Below are positions 40,284 through 49,673 of a stretch of 64,000 nt of DNA, piece by piece; the stretch's first letter is position 1; each line of letters starts with the position of its first letter. Origin of the DNA: Sedimentisphaerales bacterium (GTDB taxonomy: Bacteria; Planctomycetota; Phycisphaerae; Sedimentisphaerales; SM23-30). The position numbers were made by a program, and so were the translations under genes. The stretch covers positions 96,001 to 160,000 of the forward strand of contig CAXXMR010000008.1 of assembly GCA_963663805.2 (NCBI GenBank), in the 5' to 3' direction. The notes beneath the pieces are model-generated. The model was not told the DNA's origin. It saw only the letters and a list, made by a program, of their open reading frames with translations, and ran no database searches.

Positions 40284-41792
40284 ATGGACAATTCACGTGT
40301 TTTGATTGCCGATATGAAAGATTATGTGGGTCAGGAAGTGCTTTTGCAGGGGTGGCTTTATAATTCTCGGTCGAGTGGTAAGGTTCAGTTTTTGATGGTT
40401 CGGGATGGTTCGGGTCTTTGTCAGGCGGTATATGAGAAGACCGAGGAGAACGCTGAGCGTTATCAAGAAGTGCGGCATCTGGGTCAGGAGTCTTCTGTTA
40501 GTCTGCGGGGGATGGTGCGTGAGGAGCCGCGTAGCGTGGGGGGGTATGAGCTGGCAGTTAGCGAGGTGGCGATTGTTCAGGCGTCTACGGATTATCCGAT
40601 TACGCCGAAGGAGCATGGTATTGATTTTCTGCTGCGTCATCGGCATTTGCATTTGCGTTCGCAGCGTCAGTGGGCGTTGGCTCGGCTGCGTCATACGGTG
40701 ATAAATTCTATTCGGGAGTTTTTTAACGGGAACGGTTTTACGCTGGTCGATACGCCGATCTTCGCGCCGGCGGCGGGTGAGGGTGAACAGACTCTGTTTG
40801 GGGTGGATTATTTTGGTGAGCAGGTTTATCTGGCTCAGACAGGTCAGTTATATCTGGAGTCTGCGGCGTTGGCGTTGGGTAAGGTCTATTGTTTTGGCCC
40901 GACGTTTCGGGCGGAAAAGAGCAAGACACGTCGGCATCTGACAGAGTTCTGGATGGTGGAGCCGGAGGTGGCGTATATCGAACTTGATGGGCTGCTGGAT
41001 CTGGCGGAGAATTTTATTACGCATATTGTTAAGGCGGCGTTGCGGGATAGGCGGGCGGAGCTGGAGATGCTGGGGCGGGATTTGAGCGATTTGGAGAAGA
41101 TTGAAGTGCCTTTTGTGCGGCTTAGTTATACCGAAGCGGTTGATTTGCTGCACAGCCGGAAGGTTAGCGATTATCTGGATGAGCAGTTGGCCCAGAAGCA
41201 GGGACAGGTGGAGCGGCTGGAAGCGGATATTGCCCAATGGGAAAGTGAAGAGAAAGAGGCCAAGAAGCAATGGCAGAAAGATAAGCTGGCTCGCGAGCTT
41301 CAGGATTCGCGTGCGGCGGCGGCTGAGCTTCAGGAGCAGATTAGTAATATTCCGCATCACAAGGAGCTGGCGGCGGGTTTTGTCTGGGGTAAGGATTTGG
41401 GCGGTTCGGATGAGTCGATTATTTCGGCATTGCATGAGCGACCTGTGTTTGTGCATCGTTATCCGAAAGAAGCGAAGGCTTTTTATATGAAACCTGACCC
41501 GGATAACGGCAAAGTTGTGATGAATTTTGACTGTCTGGCGCCGCAGGGTTATGGCGAGATTATCGGCGGTTCGATGCGTGAGGACAGCTATGATGCGTTG
41601 GTTGGTCGTATCGAAGAAGAATGTTATAATCAGGCGGATTATGAATGGTATCTGGATTTGCGTCGTTACGGGAGTGTGCCGCACGGCGGGTTCGGGCTGG
41701 GGGTGGAGCGTACGGTAGCATGGCTGGCGGGTCTCAAGCATATTCGGGAGACGATTGCTTTTCCGCGGATGATGGGGAAGATTTATCCTTAA
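40284..41792 (+). CDS. asnS: Asparagine--tRNA ligase with a coiled-coil insertion
   Basis: OB fold, LAQTGQLY, FGPTFRAEKSKTRRHLTEFWMVEPE and PHGGFGLGVER motifs. Confidence 0.95.
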   Translation: MDNSRVLIADMKDYVGQEVLLQGWLYNSRSSGKVQFLMVRDGSGLCQAVYEKTEENAERYQEVRHLGQESSVSLRGMVREEPRSVGGYELAVSEVAIVQASTDYPITPKEHGIDFLLRHRHLHLRSQRQWALARLRHTVINSIREFFNGNGFTLVDTPIFAPAAGEGEQTLFGVDYFGEQVYLAQTGQLYLESAALALGKVYCFGPTFRAEKSKTRRHLTEFWMVEPEVAYIELDGLLDLAENFITHIVKAALRDRRAELEMLGRDLSDLEKIEVPFVRLSYTEAVDLLHSRKVSDYLDEQLAQKQGQVERLEADIAQWESEEKEAKKQWQKDKLARELQDSRAAAAELQEQISNIPHHKELAAGFVWGKDLGGSDESIISALHERPVFVHRYPKEAKAFYMKPDPDNGKVVMNFDCLAPQGYGEIIGGSMREDSYDALVGRIEEECYNQADYEWYLDLRRYGSVPHGGFGLGVERTVAWLAGLKHIRETIAFPRMMGKIYP

Positions 41793-41813
41793 ACGGCATC
41801 AGCCTTTGGCTGA

Positions 41814-41873
41814 AGATTTCAGAGGTCAGATTTCAGGAATCAGATTAACGGCGAGGTACCTGCTTTCGGCAGG
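41814..41873 (-). repeat. Dispersed repeat: GAA-hairpin module, GCCGTT and (TCTGA-type) heptamer array
   Basis: Minus strand reads cctgccgaaagcagg-tacctc-gccgtt-aatctga-ttcctga-aatctga-cctctga. Confidence 0.75.
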
Positions 41874-42079
41874 GTTATTTTTATTTAACGTCAACAGCAG
41901 GCGTTTTTGTTGTTTTTGTGGTGAACCGGTGGTTGGGTTTGGGCGTATCAAACTTAGAATTCCTAACACTGTGAAAAACACGTTTGGTTAGAACTTCTTA
42001 GAAGGATTTGGTTTTTCATGAGGTCGCAGGTATCGACGGGCTGATAAGTGGCGAGAATTAAAGCGATGCAGGAGTAATT

Positions 42080-43030
42080 ATGGAAGATCGCGCCCTGGAG
42101 ACGGTTAATGAATCGTTGAGTTCTTTGCGGGGTAATCTGGAGGATGTTATCAGAGGCAAAAGTGAGTGCATCGAGATACTCACGGTTGCTTTGCTGGCGG
42201 GCGGTTCGGTATTGCTGGAGGATATACCGGGGGTGGGCAAGACTACTCTGGCTAAGGCTTTGGCTCGCAGCATATCGGTGGATTTTCGGCGGATTCAGTT
42301 TACTCCTGATTTACTGCCGGCGGATATTCTGGGTTCTTCGGTTTATAATCCGGTGACGGGTTCTTTTGATTTTCGGCAGGGGCCGATATTTTGTAATGTT
42401 CTGCTGGCGGATGAGATTAATCGTGCTTCGCCGCGTACTCAGTCGGCTTTGCTGGAAGCGATGAACGAAGCGCAGGCGACGATTGAAGGCAAGCGATATA
42501 TTTTGCCGGACCCTTTTCTGGTTTTGGCGACTCAGAATCCGGCGGATTATCAGGGGACATATCCGTTGCCGGAAGCTCAGGTTGACCGTTTTCTGGTTCA
42601 GCTGGATTTGGGTTATCCGGCGGCTGAAGTTGAAGTTGATATTTTGCAGAGTCATGCGACGAACCATATTTTTGAATTTTTGCGGCCTGTGATGACGGCG
42701 GAGCGGGTGGTGGAATTGCAGAATATGGTGCGGGCGGTGCATGTTGACCGTTCGATTTTTGAGTATATTGTGCGGCTGGTTCAGGCGACTCGTGAGGATG
42801 GGCAATTGAAGCTGGGTGTTAGTCCGCGTGGTTCGCTGATGCTGTCGCGGGCGGCCCAGGCGCATGCCTTGAGTAAAGGGCGTGATTATGCAACGCCTGA
42901 CGATGTCCAGCGTCTGGCGCCCTATGTGCTGGCCCATCGTCTGATGCTGACATCGCAAAGTCGTTATGACGGCACGACCAAGCGGAAAGTAATTGACGAT
43001 ATTCTTAATCGGACAAAGGTTCCCACATGA
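42080..43030 (+). CDS. MoxR-family AAA+ ATPase
   Basis: EDIPGVGKT, RIQFTPDLLPAD, DEINRASPRTQSALLEAM and ATQNP motifs. Confidence 0.95.
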   Translation: MEDRALETVNESLSSLRGNLEDVIRGKSECIEILTVALLAGGSVLLEDIPGVGKTTLAKALARSISVDFRRIQFTPDLLPADILGSSVYNPVTGSFDFRQGPIFCNVLLADEINRASPRTQSALLEAMNEAQATIEGKRYILPDPFLVLATQNPADYQGTYPLPEAQVDRFLVQLDLGYPAAEVEVDILQSHATNHIFEFLRPVMTAERVVELQNMVRAVHVDRSIFEYIVRLVQATREDGQLKLGVSPRGSLMLSRAAQAHALSKGRDYATPDDVQRLAPYVLAHRLMLTSQSRYDGTTKRKVIDDILNRTKVPT

Positions 43031-44268
43031 AACTATCTTCGCTGGGCACATTAGGTGGTTCGGCCCGGTGGTTGTTTTCCTTCAAATTGACCATGCTGGC
43101 TCGTCATCTGGCGGCGGGCACTTTTGCCGCGTGGCTTATGACGGTGGCGACGCCGTATTTTGCTTTGCCGATGGCGCTGACGATAGTGCTGATTTTGGCG
43201 GGGATAGTTAATCTGATATTTCGGCCCCGTGTTCTGGTCAAGGGTAATTTGCCGGCGCGGGTTATGGCAGGTAAGGAGTTTAGCTTTCGGTGTGAAATAA
43301 TCAATCCGGGGCGGATGTCGTTTTATGATTTGGGTTTGGGGTGTTTTGGTCTGCCTCGAGAGGTCGAGCAATTGCACCGGGAGCGTTTGGCAGGTTGTTT
43401 GGCCGGCGGCGGGTCGGTTGAGATGCAGGTGCATTTGCGTTCGCTGCGGCGGGGTCAGTATCAGATTGGCGGTCCCCGTTGTTTTACGACATTTCCGCTG
43501 AATCTGTTTCGTTCGGGTCGTCGAGCAGTTTGTAAACATTCTCTGCTGGTTTTGCCGAGTTTTCCTCAGTTGAACAATTTGTCGCTGCCGATGCAAAAGC
43601 GTTATCAGCCGGGCGGGATTACTCTGGCAAGTAATGTGGGTGAGTCGGCTGAGTATATCGGCAATCGTGAATATCGGGCGGGTGATTCGCCGCGTCGGAT
43701 TGATACGCGGGCGTGGGCACGGTTGGCTTGTCCTGCGGTTAAGGAATATCAGCAGGAATATTTTTGTCATGTCGCGATAGTGATGGATACGTTTATTCCG
43801 CGGCGAAGACGGGCGGGCAAGGAAGGTTTCGCGGAGCTGGAAGGGGCGGTGAGTTTAACGGCTGCGTTGTCGGATTTCATGTCGCGGGGTGAGGAGATAA
43901 TAGATTTTTTCGCGGCGGGTCCTGAGTTGTATAGTTTTCGTTACGGCAGGCATACTTCTCAACTGGATACTTTGCTGGAGATACTGGCTTGCATCGGGCC
44001 CAGTCGTGAGAATCCTTTTGTAAAAATTGCGCCGGTGCTTTTTGATGAGCTGGCGGTTACTTCGGCGGTGGTTTTTGTGCTGCTGGACTGGGATGAATAT
44101 CGCAAGAAGCTGATTCGTCGGGCGGTGGAGTCGGGCTGTGATGTGCGGGTTTTTATTATACGTGATAAGGCCGCGAGTTTGGATTACGAGTCGGACCAGA
44201 GTTGGGCGGGCGAGATAACCGTTTTGAAACCGAGCCAGATACGCGAAGGTGAATTGTCGGGATTATGA
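43027..44268 (+). CDS. DUF58 domain protein
   Basis: LRRGQY and REYRAGDSPRRIDTRAWAR motifs; ATGA overlap with moxR. Confidence 0.9.
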   Translation: MKLSSLGTLGGSARWLFSFKLTMLARHLAAGTFAAWLMTVATPYFALPMALTIVLILAGIVNLIFRPRVLVKGNLPARVMAGKEFSFRCEIINPGRMSFYDLGLGCFGLPREVEQLHRERLAGCLAGGGSVEMQVHLRSLRRGQYQIGGPRCFTTFPLNLFRSGRRAVCKHSLLVLPSFPQLNNLSLPMQKRYQPGGITLASNVGESAEYIGNREYRAGDSPRRIDTRAWARLACPAVKEYQQEYFCHVAIVMDTFIPRRRRAGKEGFAELEGAVSLTAALSDFMSRGEEIIDFFAAGPELYSFRYGRHTSQLDTLLEILACIGPSRENPFVKIAPVLFDELAVTSAVVFVLLDWDEYRKKLIRRAVESGCDVRVFIIRDKAASLDYESDQSWAGEITVLKPSQIREGELSGL

Positions 44269-46316
44269 GAGCACAGAAGCAGGCGGCATTTTTGTTGATG
44301 TTTTGTACATGCGCTACTTTGGCGGTGGCGTCGAAGCATTATATTGCGCCGGTGTTTTTTTGCGGGGCGGCGTTGGTGGGGCTGAGCGGGCGGTATCAGT
44401 GGGAGCTGCCTACAGCTCGTCGAGCGATATTTTTTTTGCTGGTGGGGTTGTATTTCGCGATACGTATGCGGCTGTCGAGTTCTCCGGGACAGTTGGCGAC
44501 CTGGTTGACGAATGACGCACGGTGGCATATCGCGGGGCAGTGTATTATCGCGTTGATGGTGCTTACCTTGTTTTTGCCTCAGAAGGGGCGTGGGTTGCCG
44601 CTGACTTTGCCGGTTATGGCGGTTATTGTGGTGATCGCCGAGGGCATGTCGATTTCGAATATTCAGCGGGCGAGTTTGTTTCAGGGGTTGGGGATATTGA
44701 CTGTGTTGTTGGGTATGGTTTATGGGGCTGCTTGTCGGGTTGACGTTGGTAAAGAGGCAGGCAGGGCGGGAGCTAATCGTCGGATTATTATGGTTATGAT
44801 TTTGCTTGCTGCGGGATTGAGCGGTTGGGCAGGGGGGTGTGTGATGTATGATTATCATTTCAAGATTGACCAGGCGCTGCAGCGGTTTCATCCCTATTGG
44901 GCGTTTTCGCAGAAGCAGTTGACTCGGGGTGGGAGTATGGGTTTTGACGGGGGCGGCTGGCTTAATACGGTTGGTAATATTTTGAGTACCGACCAGATGA
45001 AGTGTACTTTACGTGTTTTTTGTGATACGCTGCCGGGTTATTTGCGGGGGGCGGTGTTTGACCGGTATCGCAGTGGTGAATGGGTGACGACCGCGATTGC
45101 TGAGGGGGTTTTGGCGGAGGCGACGGGGCGGCCGGCGATTTATGAATTCGCTATAAGTAAAAAAGACGCTGAGATCTGGCGGGAGATGGATATTTGGCCT
45201 GATAATGATTTGGCGGCAGGGGTCTTTGTGCCTATGGAGACGAAACTGCTGCGGACGGCTACGGATAATATTCTGGTTGATGATAATAAGGTTATTCACG
45301 CACCGGATTTACTGGGTGGGATTAATTATCAGGCGGTGACTGCCCGTCCGGTTGACGGGGATTTGATTTCGGATTTTTCGCGAAGAAAGTATCTTGAGCT
45401 TTCGGACGAACTCGATGAGCGGATGGGGGGGCTGGCGGAGCATTTGTGTCGCGATTGTCAGAGTGCGACGGAGAAGATCGAGGCGGTCAGCTCGTATTTA
45501 CGGAATAATTTTTTGTATCAGTTGGGTGTGGCGGTTCCGGAAGATCGTGAGGCGATAAGTTATTTTCTGTTTGATGAGCGTGCGGGTCATTGTGAGTATT
45601 TCGCCTCCGCGGCGGCGCTGCTGCTGCGTTATGTGGGGGTGCCGACCCGTTATGTGGCAGGCTTTGTGGTGGATGAGAAGAATCCTTACGGCGGATATTA
45701 TGTTGCTCGCAATCGGGATGCTCACGCGTGGGTTGAGGCGTGGGATGATGGTCGCGGGAAGTGGGTGACGGTTGAAGCTACGTCGGCACAGTTGGCGGGT
45801 GGTGAGTCGCTGGCGCAGGCAGAGAGTGCGTTATGGGAACATATAAAGTTTCGCTTTCAGCAGTTGCGGGTTGCTATTCATGTGGATGGTATTACGGGGT
45901 TGGTGAGCTGGCTGGGAGAGCGTCTTTATGGGTTGCTGAATTGGGCTATAACTAGTTTTGCGGGGTGGCTGCTGATAGTGGTGCTTTTGGTGCTTCTGTT
46001 CTGGCGGCTGGGGCGTCGGATTAAGCATTATCAGCCGAGGGCGGAGTTGGCGCCGGAGCTTGCGGAAATGTATTCGCTGCTGGCGAAGATGGACCGTCGC
46101 TTGGGGCGTTTGCGTATTGAACGCGAGGCGGCGGAGACAGTCACGCAATTCGCACAACGTCTGCATGATGAGAATCTTGGGCAGGCGGGGCAGTGGTATG
46201 AGGAATATTGTCGGGTGCGTTTTGGCGGGGTGATAGATGAGAAAGCAATCGTGAGACTGAAATCACGAATACCTAAGCCAGGTAAGCTGGAAATCCTAAA
46301 CAAATCCGAATTTTGA
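44265..46316 (+). CDS. Membrane transglutaminase-like protein (TgpA/DUF3488 type)
   Basis: N-terminal TM helices and YLRG..FD.Y, GHCEYFASA and DAHAWVEAW motifs. Confidence 0.9.
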   Translation: MRAQKQAAFLLMFCTCATLAVASKHYIAPVFFCGAALVGLSGRYQWELPTARRAIFFLLVGLYFAIRMRLSSSPGQLATWLTNDARWHIAGQCIIALMVLTLFLPQKGRGLPLTLPVMAVIVVIAEGMSISNIQRASLFQGLGILTVLLGMVYGAACRVDVGKEAGRAGANRRIIMVMILLAAGLSGWAGGCVMYDYHFKIDQALQRFHPYWAFSQKQLTRGGSMGFDGGGWLNTVGNILSTDQMKCTLRVFCDTLPGYLRGAVFDRYRSGEWVTTAIAEGVLAEATGRPAIYEFAISKKDAEIWREMDIWPDNDLAAGVFVPMETKLLRTATDNILVDDNKVIHAPDLLGGINYQAVTARPVDGDLISDFSRRKYLELSDELDERMGGLAEHLCRDCQSATEKIEAVSSYLRNNFLYQLGVAVPEDREAISYFLFDERAGHCEYFASAAALLLRYVGVPTRYVAGFVVDEKNPYGGYYVARNRDAHAWVEAWDDGRGKWVTVEATSAQLAGGESLAQAESALWEHIKFRFQQLRVAIHVDGITGLVSWLGERLYGLLNWAITSFAGWLLIVVLLVLLFWRLGRRIKHYQPRAELAPELAEMYSLLAKMDRRLGRLRIEREAAETVTQFAQRLHDENLGQAGQWYEEYCRVRFGGVIDEKAIVRLKSRIPKPGKLEILNKSEF

Positions 46317-46400
46317 AAATCAAAACTTAAAAACTAAAGCATTAAACAACGGGCAAAAAAAACGTAGTTTCTTAAATGGAACCGTGTCTTAGATTTATGC

Positions 46401-47064
46401 TTAGATGTTGACTGTTTTTTTGAATTCTTCTAGTCCACCTAATTTTTCTATCAGGGCACCGAGTCGCTGATGTTTGCCGGCGTTGGTTTTGAACCAGTCG
46501 ATAATTTTGGCGATGAGGGCGAGTACTTCTTCTTCATTTAGTTCGGTGGCGATTTCCTGGGAAAATCGGGGACGCGCTCCGCCGTTGCCGCCTACTCTGA
46601 GTGTCCAGCCTTTGGGTCGGCCTACTACGGCGATGTCTTTGATGCAGGTTTCGGCGCACTCCAAGGGACAGCCGCTGACACCCATTTTCATTTTACCGGG
46701 CAGTTCCATGCCGTGATAAATTTCGTCGAGCTTTAAGCCAAGGGCCAGGCTGTTTTGTTTGCCTTTTTTGCAGAAGGTGGTGCCGGGGCAGGCTTTGACG
46801 CTGCGGACACAGAGGCCGACGGCGGCGCCGGCGGCCATGCCTAAATCTTCCCATACCGCGTCAATTTTGTCCTCGGCGATACCTACCAGGGCAATTCGGG
46901 CGGCACTGGTGATTTTGAGGGCCTGAATCTCGTGTTTTTCGGCTACGTCGGCTATTTTTGCGCAGAAGTTCAGGGGTGACCAAGCCGCAGGGGATGTGTG
47001 GGGCTACGGCGTAGGTTTCTTTGTCGCGCTGTACAATTACCCCTTTATCGCCATCGTTCAGCAA
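46401..47064 (-). CDS. Nitrite/sulfite reductase 4Fe-4S-domain small oxidoreductase; +1 frameshift at about 46955-46959
   Basis: QRDKETYAVAPHIPCG, VKACPGTTFC and KMGVSGCPLECAE motifs. Removing one base of the T5 run restores LLRKIADVAEKHEIQALKITSAARI (about 220 aa). Confidence 0.85.
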
Positions 47065-47167
47065 GTCACAGTCCTTTCCAAAATTGTACTATCTTTTCAT
47101 TACCAGCCATATGATAGGAAAGAGCTGTCTGGTGGGCAAGTTAATTTCTGGTTGTCAAATGCTGCTG

Positions 47168-47887
47168 TTATTGACGAATCTCGCCTTCGAGGGTGATTGT
47201 GATGTCGTCGAATTGAGTATCAACGCCACTGGCGGCGAGGGCCATTTGGGCGATTCTGTTCAAGCCTGAGCAGCAGGGGACTTCCATGTGCAGTACGGTC
47301 AGGCTTTTGGGCTGAGCGACCTGGATGATTTCTGTGAGTTTTTCGACATATACTTTGGTGTCGTCAAGTTTGGGGCATCCCACCGCCAGGGCGTGGTCTT
47401 TGAGGAATTTTTGGTGGAAATCTCCCATTGCAAATGGTACGCAATCAGCTACCAGCAGGATGTCAGCGTTTTTGAAATAGGGTGCCTGGGGTGAAACCAG
47501 CATGAGCTGAACCGGCCATTGCTGAAGTTGCGAGCTTACGTCTCCGGAGTTGTTTTTTTCATTATCATTTGTTTTGGGCCGTAATTTTTTTGCCATCGAA
47601 CCGGGGCAGGTGAAACCTTCAGAACGAGGTGCCGGTTTGGGCTGGTCTTGCTGCAAATGTTTGGCGACGGCCTGTTCGTCGAATTCGGCGGCATCTCGTT
47701 TTTCGATGGTAATCGCGTCCATCGGGCAGGTGCCGAGGCAGGCCCCCAATCCGTCGCAGTAGACCTCGCTGACCAGCCGGGCTTTGCCGTCGATTATCTG
47801 GATGGCACCTTCGGCGCAGGAGGTGACACACAGGCCGCAACCGTTGCATTTGTTCTCGTCGATTTTTACTATATTTCTAACAGCCAT
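47168..47887 (-). CDS. 4Fe-4S ferredoxin-domain iron-sulfur protein (hcp-associated type)
   Basis: CNGCGLCVTSC, CDGLGACLGTCP, QWPVQL, ADC, GCPKLD and MEVPCC motifs. Confidence 0.9.
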   Translation of the reverse strand: MAVRNIVKIDENKCNGCGLCVTSCAEGAIQIIDGKARLVSEVYCDGLGACLGTCPMDAITIEKRDAAEFDEQAVAKHLQQDQPKPAPRSEGFTCPGSMAKKLRPKTNDNEKNNSGDVSSQLQQWPVQLMLVSPQAPYFKNADILLVADCVPFAMGDFHQKFLKDHALAVGCPKLDDTKVYVEKLTEIIQVAQPKSLTVLHMEVPCCSGLNRIAQMALAASGVDTQFDDITITLEGEIRQ

Positions 47888-47906
47888 TCTGAACTCCGAA
47901 AAGTAG

Positions 47907-47935
47907 ACGGGAAGCGCCCCGACCCCGCTTCCCGT
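47907..47935 (-). terminator. Intercistronic hairpin between hcp and the ferredoxin gene
   Basis: Perfect 10-bp stem acgggaagcg/cgcttcccgt, followed on the minus strand by ctactttt. Confidence 0.55.
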
Positions 47936-47947
47936 TCTTGTGTGTGT

Positions 47948-49600
47948 CTAATTCAGCATTGCTTTCAAGTCGGCCTGTGCCTGGCCGATAGGTGTGAGGT
48001 TGAAATTTTCTACCAGCACATTTAGGACGTTGGGTCCGACGAATGCCGGCAGCGACGGTCCGATTCGCATATTCTTGATGCCCAGGTGCAGCAGGGTGAG
48101 CAGGATACAAACGGCTTTTTGCTCAAACCAGCTCAGTACGATTGAAAGAGGCAAATCATTTACGTCGCAATCGAATGCTTTAGCTAGTGCTACCGCGATC
48201 TGGATGGCTGAATAGGCGTCGTTGCACTGGCCTATGTCCAGCAGGCGCGGGATGCCGCCGATGGTTCCAAAATCGAGTTTATTGAAACGATATTTACCGC
48301 AGGCCAGGGTCAGGATTATACAGTCATTGGGGATGGCTTCGGCTAGTTCGGTGTAATAGTTACGGCCGGAGGTGGCGCCGTCACATCCGCCGATGAGGAA
48401 GAAATGTTTGATGGTCCCGGCTTTGACGGCATCTACAACGGTTCCGGCTACGCTCATTACCGCGCCATGTCCAAAACCTACGATGATTTTCTTTTCGGGT
48501 GCATCTTCTTTGAATCCTTCAGCGGCCAGGGCGGCTTCGATTACGGGCGTAAAATCCTGGTTTTGGATATGTTTGACTCCGGGCCAGCCTACGAGTCCAC
48601 AAGTGAAGATTCTGTTTTTGTAACTGTCGGCAGGTTTTTTGATGCAATTTGTGGTCATTAAAATTGCGCCGGGGAATTCACTGAATTCTTTAATCTGGTC
48701 TTGCCATGCTCCGCCATAATTGCCGACGAGATGTTTATATTTTTTGAGTTCCGGGTAGCCGTGGCAGGGCAGCATTTCGCCGTGTGTGTAAATATTGATG
48801 CCTTTTCCTTCGGTCTGTTTGAGCAGTTCGTGGAGGTCTTTGAGGTCGTGTCCTGATACTACAATGGCTTTGCCTTTGACCGGTTTTACGCGTACTTCGG
48901 TTGGTTCGGGTGTTCCGTATGCTTCGGTGTTGGCGGTGTCGAGCAGGGCCATGACTTTGAGATTTACTTCTCCGCATTTCAGGTTCATAGCGACCAGTTC
49001 ATCGACGCTTTCGGCTTTATCGGTTGTCAGGAAATCCAGCGCCTCGGCGAAATAAGCGTATACGTCGTCGTCTTCTTTACCCAGAATCAGGGCGTGGTCG
49101 GCATAGGCGGCCATTCCTTTAAGGCCGTAAACGAGCAGTTCCTGCAAGCCCGCTACGTCGTCGCCCAGTTCTGCTTTACGCGGAGCGATACCGACTATTT
49201 CGGCACCGGATACCATTGTGTCAAGGTTGGCTCCAGGGTTCCAGGTGGCCGGTCCGTTAAGTTTTTCGGGTTGCTGTCCCGCGTTTTTGGCAGCTTGTTC
49301 ATACATCGCCTGAGCCTGTTCGCGCATTGAAATTGCTTTTAAGGCCATTTCTACCTGGCGGTCTTTGTCGAAATTGACATTGGTGACTGTTGTGAACAGG
49401 ATTTCCAGAATAAAACGGTCTATCTGTGAATTTCGTTTGCCGAGCTTGCCAGCGCGGTGAGCGTACATCGCGATGCCCTTGCTCAGATGTATCAGCCCAT
49501 CCTGGATTTTGGCGGTCGGTTCGTCTTTGCCGCATACGCCGTGCTTTGTACAGCCCTTTCCCTGGGCGGTTTGCTCGCATTGATAACAAAACATACTCAT
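47948..49600 (-). CDS. hcp: Hybrid cluster protein (hydroxylamine / NO reductase)
   Basis: MFCYQCEQT...C...GVCGK, SGHDL, THGEMLP, GGCDG, GQCND and WFEQKA motifs. Confidence 0.97.
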   Translation of the reverse strand: MSMFCYQCEQTAQGKGCTKHGVCGKDEPTAKIQDGLIHLSKGIAMYAHRAGKLGKRNSQIDRFILEILFTTVTNVNFDKDRQVEMALKAISMREQAQAMYEQAAKNAGQQPEKLNGPATWNPGANLDTMVSGAEIVGIAPRKAELGDDVAGLQELLVYGLKGMAAYADHALILGKEDDDVYAYFAEALDFLTTDKAESVDELVAMNLKCGEVNLKVMALLDTANTEAYGTPEPTEVRVKPVKGKAIVVSGHDLKDLHELLKQTEGKGINIYTHGEMLPCHGYPELKKYKHLVGNYGGAWQDQIKEFSEFPGAILMTTNCIKKPADSYKNRIFTCGLVGWPGVKHIQNQDFTPVIEAALAAEGFKEDAPEKKIIVGFGHGAVMSVAGTVVDAVKAGTIKHFFLIGGCDGATSGRNYYTELAEAIPNDCIILTLACGKYRFNKLDFGTIGGIPRLLDIGQCNDAYSAIQIAVALAKAFDCDVNDLPLSIVLSWFEQKAVCILLTLLHLGIKNMRIGPSLPAFVGPNVLNVLVENFNLTPIGQAQADLKAMLN

Positions 49601-49673
49601 GATAATACCTCGCTTTCGCTTATTTTGGTTTCCGAGATTACCGGAACTTGAGTTTCCGGTTGATACTTTTATT

